DNA of 38,543 nt from Parasitella parasitica NRRL 2501 (lineage: Eukaryota; Fungi; Mucoromycota), in contig MU619278.1 of assembly GCA_025201805.1 (NCBI GenBank), forward strand, positions 1 to 38,543, given 5' to 3'. Shown piece after piece: positions 1 to 13,135 of the stretch (the first letter of the stretch is position 1; every line of letters begins with the position of its first letter). Below the pieces are notes generated by a model. The model had not been told where the DNA came from, ran no database searches, and saw nothing but the letters and a program-made list of their open reading frames with translations. Made by a program: the position numbers and the translations under genes.

Positions 1-374
1 ATTTTTCAATATTTATCACAAATATCACATATTTGCTCATAACTTTTGCTAAAATGACCGTGGAACCGAGATCTAACTTGGAAAACTTAGCATTGACTGA
101 CCTCTATCTGGAAACAACATTGGTATCCATGTTTTCATCGATATCTATAAAGTTATCAGATGATATCACAAATTTACATATAAGAATTGCATATAATCAA
201 TGATAGGCTGCGGTAAAGAGCAAATCAAAGCCTTTCTTATGCGCCACAAGTACAGGCATGATTATCGCTATATGAGCATAACTTGCTTTCCACTGTGCGA
301 CCTTTCTATCACAAGTTATCTGCAAAACCAGTTTTATTTTTCAATATTTATCACAAATATCGCATATTTGCTCA
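1..374. repeat. Degenerate direct repeats, probable non-autonomous transposon fragment
   Basis: 1-39 (atttttcaatatttatcacaaatatcacatatttgctca) recurs at 336-374 with 1 mismatch. 39-86 recurs at 1014-1061 (36/48 identical, ungapped). No credible protein is encoded. TE origin is inference. Confidence 0.55.
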
Positions 375-1674
375 AAATCGGTCGCCCAAATTGCCAGTGG
401 CAAAGTTTTTGGTTTTTCGGAGTTTTAAATATTGGATCTCCGATATCCGATTTGTTTTTGGCAATCACAGCTGATTTGGACAAAAGGACATGAAATTCCT
501 GAAATATTAAAGGTATTTAATGAGAATAAAATTAAGCACAAAAATGTAATTGTATGATAGATTAAACAGCTCCAGTTATGTAGTATGGTTTTGGGATTAT
601 ATTAATTGATACGATCCTATTATTGGGATTGGATTATATATTTGGAGGGAAGAAGAACATATAAATAATTGACTAACGTTGGTTGATCTGGATAAGTAAC
701 ATAATATTTATGTGTTAGAAAGATTCTAAAGAATTGATATTTACATACCAGTTTTGCATTACTCTCTAGGGTCACTATTAAAAATAGATTTAATGATAAG
801 AGAATGCCTTGTTTTTTATATACTACTATATTATATCCATATTGTAATACTCTATTTGTCGCCATAGTTGAATATTGAACTTGGTATGTAATATCAATAT
901 ACTAGTTAGTTGTTAATGTATATCGATAGCTTATCCCTTGTCATTGATGTGTCTGTCAAAAGTTATATGCAAAAGCGGTTTCTCATTTTATAATTAACAG
1001 ACCTTTGTTGGTTATAACTTTTGCTAAATGTACCATAGGATCGCGACCCAACCTGGGAAACATAATGACAATGAAGCGCAAGTAAATAAAACATTTTTTA
1101 TGTATGCAAAAGTCGATAAGTACAAAGTAATCAGCAGAAAACACTGCAATTTTCAGATAAGAAATATATGAGCGTCCATGCATTTTCGAACGAACCAAAG
1201 CAAAAAAAAAAAAAATAAAAAAATAAAAAAACTGTTTTAAGCTTTGATTGATACAAGTAAGATTAGCGTTTATATTACGCTCTTGGTTTTCACTGGAGGA
1301 CATGCCTAGCAAAAGTTACAGAAACAATTTTTGATCATGATGTGATTGAATATATAATCGTCCGTATCATCTTGGCTCCTTATCAAGATAAGGCAAATAT
1401 CTTCAAGTAATGACAAAGCAAAAACGGTAGACAGCCGTCAATTTGTCGAAATTATAATAATTGCTTCACCGCAATATCGTAGGAAAGACCCCCCCCCGAA
1501 AAAAAAAACTTTAGTGATAATGATAGTGCAAGATTTCTATTTTAGATTGTTTTGCGAACTGCTAAGCGTATGTGTATAGAAGTGTGTGTAAAAATTCCTT
1601 TCAAGACAGTTGCTGTATAGATCTAATAGTAACAAATTTTATTCTTCCAAAGTAACAAATTCGTGAACAATAAC

Positions 1675-4227
1675 CTACTTTAGGACATTATCAAACAAGC
1701 GTTTGATATCTGGAGAATGAACCATTGATTCTTTAATAAACTTGTGTTCTGTGAACATAGGTTCCTTGATCAATTGTATAAAAGTGGTCAATAAACCCCA
1801 AGGATGAGGTCTGTTGACAATCAACCTTTCCAACAAGACTCGAGTTACCAGTTCCTTGATCGATTCTGACTGAGAAGCAAACAGGTGCAATATTGTCATG
1901 CTGAAAAAGTAGGTGTGTGTGTTGGGATATCGTAAATGGTCAACAATGGCATTGATAACAAGGTAGCGATTTTGGCTGTGTTCCATATGTACTAATAAAT
2001 ATTTGAATATCTGAACTGCAGGGTTTTCAGATAGCGATTTTCCAGTGTCTAACGTGGTATGGGAGCCAACGTAAAATACGAGCTGTTGCAATTTCTTGTT
2101 ATCAAGTTGTTGACGTTCATCAGTGAGATGGCTCATGATGTGGCGACCAACGGATTTAGTAGAGCCTCTGAGGTACGAGTCCAGTAAAGTAATAATATCT
2201 GAGTAGTCCTGTTGGATGTACAAATTTGGCACCGTTGATTTGTTGGTCATGTATCCCAATGTTGCGGTAAAGGGATCGGGCAGAATCATTGTCTTGGGAA
2301 ACGAACTTAATATAACATTCCGTAACTGGACGCAATCAACCGGCAGTAATTGGATTAACGATAAATAATGTCGGCAAAGGAACTCTGGGTAATCATGCAG
2401 CATGACAACTAGAAATCGAAGCGTACCTTGGTAAAATGCTTTTTCTGATTGCGTAAATCCACGAGATGAGCGATGTTGGATAAGTTGGTTCAAAAATGAC
2501 AAATGGCCCGAGATCAATTTAAAGCATATTGTTTGCCCCTTTTCTGACGTCGATTCTTTATCACTTACAAATAAAAGAGGGAGATACAGTCTATGAGAAA
2601 ACAACTGAAGCCATGAAAATGCAAAGCCAGGAAATTGAGTGGGTTCCAGAGTGTAAAGTGTGTTACTTTTTTGTTTTGTTTTTAGGGCGTTAGTGTGTTG
2701 GCTTGACTTTTTAAAAGGTTTAGGCGATATTTACCTGTATACTGTGATGAATCCATCATTAGTATGTTTATCTCGGTTTGTGGCATTATTCAGCTCTGTA
2801 AATAACGAGCACAGTAGTTTGAGGAACGGCTTCTGATTAAACTGAACATTGTGATTTTCATGCTGATGTGCGATGACAAGTACTATAACAGATAATACTT
2901 GTGAAATCATTTTGACTTTTGTCTTGTTGTTGCCTTGTAACTGAATCATAAAGCCAACGAGTTTTGTATATGCATCGATGGGTTGCAGTCGAGAAGACTG
3001 ATACAATTCAACGCAAGTTTCTGTCGAGAGTCTAAAAAAGAAGCATAATCTATCCGTATTAGATGTCACTTGCGATAAGATTCTCTGTGTGAACTGCTTG
3101 TGAAATGCGGTCGCTGTCGTGTTGACTCTACAAACTCGGATCCACTCTGCGAATAATAATCTTAACGAAAATGTGTCGTTTTGAGGATTTAGGTGCTTGT
3201 ACTTTTGGTTTGATCTGTTCTCCAAGTCTTGTATCAGTTCAACTGCCCTGGATTAGCAAAAAAAAATATGTGTTTGTTAATTTTTTAAAAGTGTGTGGGT
3301 GTGCGTATAATGTCTTACTTTGGGGATTGCAGTTTCATCAATGCGTTTATTACCAAGACATGATCCTCAATTGATGTTATCGGATTCATTGTTAATAGGC
3401 AATTCTGCAAAATTTCAATCATAAATTCAATCTGGTGGTCTGTTGGTAGTTGGTTTAGCTGTTTCGATAATTTAACATCATACTCTTCTAATGGGATCAG
3501 GCCATGCTTGATTAATGAAGTAATAACCCAGACATCATTTTTTCTCTAGGGATTGATTTAGGACATTGATTGCTCGCTGATAACAAAATAACATAGAGAC
3601 ATGTACCTCATCATCGGAATACAACAGCCAGTTCAATGTCTCTTTTGATATACTGGGCGATAGTTCCAACAAAGTCTGGAGAAATCGGCAGTAAACTTCT
3701 AGTGATAGTCCTGTATTGGATCGATACAACTGATAAACTACGCTTTCTACGACTGATTTTAGTAATGTAGGCTGAGCGCTCTGATTTATCAGCAGTGGTA
3801 TTTGTCGCATAACTAGTATAATATCATGATGTGGTGGCAATAATGAAAACGGCAAATTGCCCGACTGTTTTAAAAGACGATCCAATTCAATCAACATTTG
3901 CTATACTATGAGTATTAGTATTGACTCTGCAATTAGTAGCGAATATGACCAATATACGTATTTACCTCCACTTTGGTTGTAAAAAGGTCGCTGGACTGCT
4001 GGAATCCTGTAAAACCGAAGAGATCTATTATAGATATAAGGTGCGTGTTATAGCTTATAGAATGTCATGGCATAAAAAGGACTCATCCTACTGTTGGTCG
4101 AAGACGACGATGCTAAGCCTGGATGCGACAAGTTGGGAGGTGGAGCTATTTGCTTTTGAGAAAAAATCTCATAGAGCTTCATTTTGGAATCATTATTATG
4201 TGGTATCGCAGGCGTAGATGGAGACAT
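1675..4227 (-). CDS. NOT1 (CCR4-NOT scaffold) paralog containing only the C-terminal NOT-module region, ~740 aa, 6 exons
   Basis: Spliced reading gives MSPSTP...MKLYEIF, QMLIELDRLL, WLLYSDDERKND, LLFAEW, FNQKPFLKL, FPGFAFSWLQLFSHR, LHDYPEFL, QLRNVILS, HLRYPNTHTYFFS, LLERLIVNRPHPWGLLTTF. These are hallmark Not1 C-terminal motifs. GT-AG introns join the ORF-track pieces in frame. The start at 4227 is inferred. Confidence 0.85.
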
Positions 4228-4309
4228 TTTAGCAGAAAAAGCAAAAGAAAAGAAAGAGAAAATTTTTTCTACCACTGCAAATTCAATAATGATTTTATTT
4301 AATTCCGCC

Positions 4310-6617
4310 TTATAAACCAACTCTGAATAAGACATTATTTTTTCTGCCCTTCTTCTTTTTGCCATGGCTGTTGGCGCCTGGCGCATCTTCTGGAGCTGAC
4401 TCGGATACATCATCGCTGCTGCTCCCGCCATTCCAAGCGTTGAAATTATTCTGCCCTGATGTTTGTCTACGCATATTCAGAATCATTTGATGTTTAGGTG
4501 CAGCCGTTGGTAAAGCAGGGAAAGTTTTGGGTTTTAAACTAGGGAAGGTTTCATTTGTAGACGTTGAGGGGTTACTGGTACTAGAAGATGTCCCACTCCA
4601 CACTGTTTTATTGTTTGGTTGGCGGTATGTATTCACAGGAGAGCTAGGACGAGATGCTTGTGGTGATGATCGAACTGAGCTTTGAGCGCTGGAGGGTCTA
4701 CTAGCCTTATTGTTAGCAACATTGGCTGCAGACGCTACTTTATCCCAGACATTTTTAGGCTTTTCTCTCCGAGCAGCATTCTTGGATTGTTTAGGCTTAA
4801 TGACCAATACTCGAGAAGACTGAGGTGGAGGTCTTTCTCTCACATCAAGAGCCGGGAAATTGGTCATCTAAAATAACGAGTTAGGCGCCATTTTGTGTGT
4901 TAAAATGTTTTTGTACATTACAGCCGTTTGTTTGTTTCTCCAGACCCGGATCAGCTCCCATTTTTTGTCCTCGACATCCAACAGATCCTCTACTCCTCTC
5001 AGAATCCTGCCAGATTGTTCAACGTTACTGTTTGTCAGTTGCACAATTTGGTTGACATAATCTTCTCCACCCAAAGTGTTCTTTCTGAACGCACTGGTCA
5101 AAGATCTAAACTCTGCAACCTTTGCTTTACTCTGAAGCATATCGCCCACTTTGGACAAGAAGGCCGTATGATCAGCAACTGCAGGATCCTGAGTAGATAA
5201 TCGAACACCATTTATGTCGCCAGTGTTGTTTAATGCTAAAGGTGTTGAAAGTGCACCAAATCCTGCAGGCTTTTCTATTGCCTTGCCCTTTCCTCTTCCC
5301 TTTTTAGTGCTAGCACCCGGCACGACACGAGGCTGATCAGCTGTTGTAGCTGTCAAAACTTGACTGACTTGCGCCATGCTAGGGAAATCTTCGGTCGCAG
5401 TCAATGCATTTGAAGATATAGCAGATCCACTAGCTGAAGTGCCACCTTGCGCGTGGTTGTTGGTATCTTCCCTTTTTTTCCCTTTTCTATTGTTGTTATC
5501 TCTTTGATGCCTCAATGATTCATACTGAAAGTTTACTTCCAACTGTCTGTTTTGGGTTTGTAATGATCGTTGTAATCCGCCTGTCGACTCTCCATGCACT
5601 TGCACTTCATGTGCCTTTAGATCAATAGGCGAGTCAAAGACCACGAATTTTTTTTCTAGACATTGAGGATAGAAACACATGCAATGGTCTGATCTAAAAT
5701 GATCTTCCAAATTGGCATAGTTAGCATAGTATTCGTGTCGATTTCCGTTACGCACACATAAGAAGCATTGTTCGTGTTGATCACGACAATGCACAAATAA
5801 TTCATCATCGCCAAAAAATCGAGTTTTGCAAAATACACATTCTGGGTGGCCTGAAAAGCCGGTTTCGTCGTCTTTGTTGAAATCTCTATCGCCTTCTTTA
5901 TGATGCTGTGTCAGTTGTGCTAAAGTATACAATGTGTGCTCGTAAGGGAAGATCTTTTTATGGCGAGAACATAAATCACTGCGACGGCAACGAACCTGAG
6001 TATATTTTATATGTAATATTTGTAGCACATCTTACCAGATATTCAGACTATGTGTCTTTCTAACATGTTGCTTCAATTCACCCCAATTCCTGGAAGCTTC
6101 CGTGCAACCGCCATAAGGGCAGTTGTAATCCAACATGCGCATTGCTTCACTGAACATTTCTTTTGTTTCGAATCTAATGTTCAGCTTTTTATCGCTGAAT
6201 AATATATCATCTTTGTTGAAATTTTCAAAGGGTTTCGCTGCATCTTTTGTGAATATGACAGTTGTTTGCTCGGTCTACAAAATAGCATAGTATATCAATA
6301 TTAAGATTTGAAATTGCTGCTTTATCAGTTCAACCAATGCTTACCTTACAATAAGCACAATTGCGGGTATCGTACAAGGCTCTTAAACGGAGGGTACACT
6401 TATGACAAGTACGGTGATCACATTGACCTACTGCAAATATTTTGATGGGTTCTGTACAGATAAAACAAAGCTCGCCATCTTCCTGTTCAGATGAAGAAGA
6501 TCTATCCTCTTCTTCTTGTTCTGTTTTTTGTGCAGGCTTTTTCGAAAATTTAGCATGATTTCTTCGAGATTTATTACCGGCATTGGTAGTAGCGTTTGTT
6601 TTGGCCGTTATGGACAT
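4310..6617 (-). CDS. HEL2: RING E3 ubiquitin ligase Hel2/ZNF598 (collided-ribosome sensor), 4 exons
   Basis: N-terminal RING (CFICTEP...CDHRTCHKCTLRLRALY...CAYCK), C2H2-like fingers (GHPECVFC, HEQCFLC, HCMCFYPQC), low-complexity tail ending KKKKGRKNNVLFRVGL as in fungal Hel2. Introns at ~6344-6275, ~6035-5979 and 4921-4868. Confidence 0.92.
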
Positions 6618-6986
6618 CTAATCAAAGTGTTCAATGATTCAAGGAACAATCAGTTTGAAAAAGTTTTTTCTTAAAGAGATTCGATTAAAACCCAGTGATC
6701 TCCTCCTACATGCTCATCATCCTTCCTATTTCTAATCAAGGATCTAGCAGTTGCATTCCATGAAACATGCGCAGGCAAATAGTTCTAAAATTGATATTAA
6801 TCCGTCTCAGCTTGATGCCATAGAGAAATTTGCTTGAAATCGAGGTTGCAACTCTGATGTTGAAACGACGCAAGAGCAGTGGCGCGTTCTCTCTTTGCTG
6901 CAAATCGGATATTCTAATCCAATAAACAATTGTGCCTTGTCTTTGCACAACACCGTACTTTCTTCTGGTATCTATCTATTTTCAAA

Positions 6987-9900
6987 ATGAATACACCAAA
7001 TAGCCAACAAGGTCAGCGCCCTCCAATTTTTCGACCCGGAATTACTCCTCAAAGACCTGTATTCACCAATGGACCTCATCCTCAACAACTTCAAGGCCAA
7101 CTGCCTACAGCACCAGGCGCTGCTATCCGGCCACAACCATTTGGAAACCAACAGCCTGCAGTGAGACCAGGATTTTCACCTAGCAGACCTCTAGGTACGT
7201 ATTATACTCAGTATAATAAACGCATATCCTAAACCTAACTGAATAAACAAGTAGCCCAACCCTCTCCTCAACTGCAGCAGCCACAACAACCACAGATGCT
7301 GCCTCAACCTCATCCTCAGACTCAACATCTATATCAACATCAACCTCAGCAGCAACCTCAGCAGCAACCTCAGCAGCAACCTCAGCAGCAACCTCAACCT
7401 CAACCTCAGACTCAGACTCATTCTCTAAAATCTCTTCCTCTCGAACAGCAAATGTCAAACATGCACATAAATAGTGTAAGTATGATTGGTTTGTGATAGG
7501 GTTGAAAGGAGAGCTTATGTTTGCATCTTTTTTCAATAGAAAGCAGGCCGAAATAAGCGAGTTTATGCTCAAATGCCCAGCACACCTTCTTCCAACGTTC
7601 AGCAACCTTCTTCATCGCAACAACAACATCCACAAACGTTACCACAGCAACCTATGGCCCACCAGCAACCTATGCAGCAGCAGCAGCAGAGAGCTGTCAA
7701 CACACCACTCGGCCTTCCTCCTCGCTCTGGAGCCAAACCTCGCATTGATCCGGACCAAATACCATCGCCAGTGCAAATCCAACTCAAGGATATGGCCAAG
7801 TACGAAGTCCCTGAATCGTATTACGGCACGTGCGACTTTCAAGAAGCTCTGCCTCTAGCCGACACTCAATTTCGCAGTTTAGACCAAGGCAATTGCAACC
7901 CACATTTCATGCGATCCACCTTACAGACCATTCCTGGCACGTCTGATCTGATTCGAGATACCGGATTGCCTTTTGGTCTTGTATTGCAGCCTCTGGCAAA
8001 ACTGCATGCCGACGATGCAGCATTGCCTGTAGTGCCTCTGGCTGCTCGATGCTCTCGCTGTAAAGCTTATATCAATCCTTGGTGCAAATTTACTCAGGGC
8101 GGCCAACGGTTTGTATGCAATTTGTGTGATTTTGAGAATGTGGTTGCCCCCCAAGACGTATGTCCTTGTGATGTGAGTGGCAGGCGCATGGATGCTGATC
8201 AAAGGCCGGAGTTCATGTTGGGGTCTGTGGAGTTTGATGCTCCTGAAGAATATTGGCAAGATGTCGAACCAAAGCCTTTGCATTGGCTAATTGCCATTGA
8301 TGTGTCAAGACGGGCAATGGAGAGACCTGTGTTGGAGACGTTGGTCCACACTCTTAGGCAAATGCTTCAATCTGGATTCCCCGCTGCTTTGAAGATCGGT
8401 ATCATGACATTCGATACAGCTGTTCATTTCTGGAATCTTGAGGGCGAGCAAGCAACCATGATGGTGGTGCCTGATATCGACGATATCTTTGTTCCCATGT
8501 CTGCCCAAAATTTGTTTGTTGATCCGACAAAGTCCAGACCTGCCATTGAGAATCTCTTGGATCAGTTGCAAACTTTGTTTCAAAACGAACATAATGTGAT
8601 GCCGCATGCTGTATTTGCTTCTGCAGTTCAAGCTGCTGCGTTGGCACTGAAGTCCACGGGTGGCAAAGTGAGCGTCTTCCAATCCTCGTTACCTTCTTTC
8701 GGCCCTGGCAGCTTGAAAAACCGCGATGATCCAAAAATTTACGGTCAAGAACGAGAAAAGGCCTTATTCCAGCCTCAGGATAGCTTTTATATTCAATTGG
8801 GCTCCTCATGTGCCCAAGCTGGTGTTTCGGTTGATCTCTGGCTTATTCCCGCTGTCTCTACACCTTACATGGATATTGCTACCATTGGTGTTTTGTCTGC
8901 TTTAACCGGTGGCGATACCTACTACTTGCCCAACTTTGATCCCCAACTTCATAGTGTCCAATTTATGCATGATTTCAAGCATGCAATCTACCGCGAGCAA
9001 GGCTACCGAGCTGCTCTGCGTGTACGCTGCTCAAACGGTCTGTCTGTTGAGGATCACTATGGCAATTTTGACATGAGTAATGCGACCGACGTAGAATTGG
9101 CTAATGTCAATGCTGACACCACTGTTGGTGTTGCATTGAAAGTCGATGGCAGATTAGCAGTGAGCAAGCCTGTCTACTTTCAAAGTGCACTGCTCTATAC
9201 AACTGCTCAAGGCCAGCGTCGAGTGCGTGTTCACAACTTGTGCTTGAACGTAGGAGTCGCTGCAAACCCCATCTTCAAGTTTGCTGATTTGGATACTTCG
9301 CTCAACTTTATCATTAAGCGCAACATTACGTTAACTGCAAAGAAATCGTTGACAGACCTCTCTTACGACATGGATCAATTAGCCGTCAAGATATTGACCT
9401 CTTATCGAAAGTACTGTGCATCAGGCGCATCTGCTGCTCAATTGATCTTGCCAGAATCTTACAAGAATCTGCCGCTATTATTTTCTTCGTTAAAAAAGTC
9501 TGCTATTATGAGAAAGGGTAATAACAAGTCTGATTTGTGTACTATTCCATACTAACTGTACGTCCGTTCAGACCCAACTTTGAATGTTGATGCTCGCGTT
9601 TATTTTTTTAGAATGATCAAGGCTACAAGTATTCCAGGCACCATTCAATGGTTGTATCCTCGATGCATCAAATTACACACATGGCTTGGAGAGCAAGGGG
9701 TGTTACCTTTGGAGCGACTTTCCTATGATAGGCTGGATTCTGCCGGGATCTACTGGATTCAGAGCCACAGCACCTTGTTTATTTGGATTGGATCAGATGC
9801 GCCTCCAGAGCTAGTAGAAGGCATGTTTGGAACACGTAACAGAAACGAAATCAATCCACTTATGCAGCAATTGCCTGAAATTGAGACATCTGCCATCAAT

Positions 9901-10220
9901 AATCAGCTGAGACAGCTCTATTCTACAAGCACTGATAACATCCCTCATTTACCACAGTTGCAGGTGATTCGACATGGAATGGATCTTGAAGTTGAATTAT
10001 CCAAGGTGTTAATGGAAGACGAGACCTTTGGCCAAATGAGCTACGTGGATTACCTGTGTATGATTCACAAACAGATCCAAACAGAGGTAATGTCTTGCAG
10101 AAGGTACATGCACAACGCATCGAACTCATTTTTGTATTTTATTATTACAATATATAGCTTGAAAGAGAGAAACAGGATTCGGTCATATCCTCAGCTTCAT
10201 ACTGGGCCCATAGATATTAG
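6987..10220 (+). CDS. SEC24: COPII coat subunit Sec24, SEC24C/D (Sfb3/Lst1-like) type, 5 exons
   Basis: P/Q-rich N-terminus, RIDPDQIPSP, QGNCNPHFMRST, zinc finger RCSRCKAYINP...CNLC, trunk domain, ALRVRCSNGL, FQSALLYT...RRVRVHN, SYVDYLCMIHKQI. Last exon 10158-10220 (LEREKQDSVISSASYWAHRY*). Confidence 0.95.
7341..7418 (+). repeat. Coding tandem repeat (CAACCTCAGCAG)x4 + (CAACCT)x3 + (CAGACT)x2, encoding a QPQQ tract in Sec24 exon 2
   Basis: Directly visible in the sequence. Confidence 0.9.
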
Positions 10221-10226
10221 ATTAAA

Positions 10227-10941
10227 TTACGTTGATGTTGCTATGACATTAAAGAAATGGTATACTTCTTCGTCATCTGACATTGCAACATGAATGCCGC
10301 ATGTATCGCAAATAACTTTATAAAAATACTCATCATTATCATCTTCTCCCTTTATCTTGTATCTTTCGCCAGGGACTGTATGGCAATTGCGCACAAACAT
10401 TGCTCTAAACTGATCTGCGTATTTCTCATGCCTAGACAGCGGCTTGTCAATATACCAATACTGTCTTGTTTTCTTTTGATGTATACCTTTGGCAGCTATA
10501 ACACAGTGTAGTAAAGCACATTGGACATGATAATATCGCATCTGTTTTATCGTCTAGTGGCCCGTCCTCGTTTAATCGCATTGAGTCTTCTACATTTTGA
10601 AATTAAATAACATTGCTATTTCACTTGAACCTATTGTATCATTCATCTTTACTTACCATGAATTTGTTTAGCTACCCATTCTTCATCTCTATCATCCATG
10701 TCTGGGTCATATAAGAGCTCGTCGTTACTTATCACCTTGTGCTGCGTATTAGATTCTAGTTATTGGTTTAGCAAGATTGAAAAAAAAAAAAGTTTTCATT
10801 TCAACTAGCACCTTTCTTATTCTTGGATTTTCCCGGTAAACCAAGCCCTACTGATTCCTCATGTTCTGAGTCGTTATCTGAATCAAAGTATACTTTGTCG
10901 TATAGCTCATCTTGTAGCTTTATCTTGGAACTACTCTCCAT
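10227..10941 (-). CDS. EAPP: E2F-associated phosphoprotein-like (EAPP C-terminal domain), 4 exons
   Basis: Spliced reading: YFDSD, SNDELLYDPDMDDRDEEWV, TDAILSCPMCFTTLCYSCQRHEKYADQFRAMFVRNC, VICDTCGIHVAMSDDEEVYHFFNVI. These match EAPP family motifs. Confidence 0.88.
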
Positions 10942-11321
10942 TGAAATATTGGTGGATTAGACAAGGGCACTGTCAAATTGCTCGCAACTCTTTGTAGAAT
11001 ACGAGGTGTGGCCTTAGGCTCGAGTTGACCTGCCGATCATACATGTAGCGACCGAGAATGACTGGAAATGCTTACAATTACTTACGAAAGTATAGAATGA
11101 AAAACTATGAGACTTTACTAGAAGATGTAAGATCTCAAAAATATAATGCAATTAGACCAGTTATATTTTTATATGCTTAATTAATTCTTTAGAAATGCGT
11201 CTGAGGCTAATTTCAAGGTTATAGGATGATTATGACCGATATTATTGTTGTCCGAAACAAACATCTTCGCCCCTTATAATTTCAGACAACGTTTGTTCTT
11301 CTTCCTCATAATCATTTTGTA

Positions 11322-11935
11322 ATGTCAGGAGTAGCGCTTCAGAAAGACAGAAACTTCATAGCAGTTATTGGTGATGAGGTATATATACATACATGTACAA
11401 TTTTAGTAGTGGACAGCAAAAAGGAGCGAAACAAACGTTAAACTGCTTGCATACTGTAGGATTCCGTTACAGGCCTTTTATTAGCTGGTATCGGTAATGT
11501 GAATCAGCAACAAAAGAGAAATTTTTTGGTCGTTGATGCCAGTACGTATTCACCTTTTATTAGAGTGGCAGAGATATCAACCGATTTTTTTTAATTTTAG
11601 AGACTCCTTTGGGCACTATTGAGGATACTTTTATTGAATATACCAAACGTAAAGATATTGCCATTATTTTGATCAATCAGCATGTAAGATTTACTTTTCA
11701 TACGCACGCGTTTTTAAATTAATACGATTTTAATCTAGATTGCTGAAGACATTCGAGAGCTGGTTGATGGACACAATTCAGCTTTCCCTGCTATTCTCGA
11801 GATACCCTCTAAAGATCATCCTTATGGTGAGTATTTCCGTCATTCTTTTACATACATACTTACCTTTGTGCCATTTATTTAGATCCCGAGAAAGATAGTG
11901 TCCTTAAGCGTGTCAGAAGATTGTTTGGCGAGTAA
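11322..11935 (+). CDS. VMA7: V-type H+-ATPase subunit F, 5 exons (not in ORF track)
   Basis: [19 protein letters not shown]|[12 protein letters not shown]...[12 protein letters not shown]|IAEDIR...[14 protein letters not shown]|[17 protein letters not shown], with canonical introns. Confidence 0.95.
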
Positions 11936-13135
11936 ACAAACATAAACTATATAAATTTCTTGTTGCTTTCAACGATATTTTTATACATAAAATGTGAAAG
12001 TGAGAGAATGTTGCCCTTGCATTATTATAACATTAGTGTTTTTTGGAAAAACTTCGAGTTGGGAATTCAAAGTAATTAGTGTTGGTTTATCAGGAAGAGG
12101 AATTTTGCTTTATAAAATCGAATAGTTTGGTTTCAGGATTGCCAAAACTGCTGGTTACTTTGTTTGAGTATTCATGATTGCTTGATGTTTTCACCGTTTT
12201 ATATTTGAAGCTGCATCTTACAAGTTGGTCTATATGAAAAAGTGTATTTATAGTTGTGCTTCACATAAAACAGACGCTGCCCAGACGATTGATGCAAAAA
12301 CAAGAGCCCAATGGAAGACTTAGGCAATGCATATCAAAGATAGCTTTTTCAAAGTTTTTCGTGATGGAAGCAAAGCTATAAAACTATGATAAATTAATAG
12401 ATTGCGGCTCTGACAGGTATCATACACCATGCGAGGAAGAAATCATTTGATGCAGCAAAGATAAAGGAGTGCAATACATGTAATTGTCGAGAAAGACCAA
12501 ATGGCTATACATTAAAAGTCAATATCGTTTTACATCCATAAATTATGAGGTAATAAATATGCGAATGGTTTATGAGCCTGCTATTTTGCATTTTAAAGTA
12601 TAGCATAATTCAATGGAGCCGTATACTTCCTCTGCTTTCTTAAATTTTATATCTTTGATATTCAGATGTGTTTAATGACTCATGCAAAAATAGAGAATTG
12701 AACAAAACGATGCTCATCTTGTAAAACATGACATTAAACCAAATTCAAATAAACATTATATCAAAAAGAGGAAAGCTCTATAAATGATAATTGTATTTAC
12801 AGAAAAAATAATAGGAGTGGCGATATTGAACAAAATCTACGAGATTGATCTACTAACAATTGAAAAATGAGATGTTTTCAATGAGACATAATTATACGGG
12901 CGGCTCTTCTCTTGAGCATAGTTAAATACCCTTGCATATGTTTGGTAAATGTATTCAAATGGAAGTCTTTCATAAAGTTTGTTTGAATAGAAAAGATTGC
13001 AATGTCATTATGATTACAAACATGCATTTTGGTAAGTTCTAATATTTGAATCTCCATCCTAGCTCCTTGTTTTACAAATTTACCCTCTCCTTGCTGGTTT
13101 TTGGAGCAATTTTTCTTTTCTTCTTTTAATTAAAA

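Noticed and set aside
200-1312. Short ORFs at 200-493, 283-474, 620-865 and 983-1312
   Set aside because: They lie in AT-rich repeat-like DNA and have no recognisable motifs or splice-consistent gene structure.
6736-6948. 70-aa minus-strand ORF between HEL2 and SEC24
   Set aside because: It sits in the 369-bp divergent promoter and has no recognisable homology.
7180-8809. Antisense ORFs over SEC24 (EVAAEVAA and poly-Cys types)
   Set aside because: Shadow frames of the CAG/CAA-rich sense strand. The same applies to antisense ORFs over UBP3, the F-box gene and RAB11.
11940-13100. Possible unannotated spliced gene on the minus strand (MEIQILELTKM...)
   Set aside because: I could not join the fragments into a consistent ORF or recognise a family.
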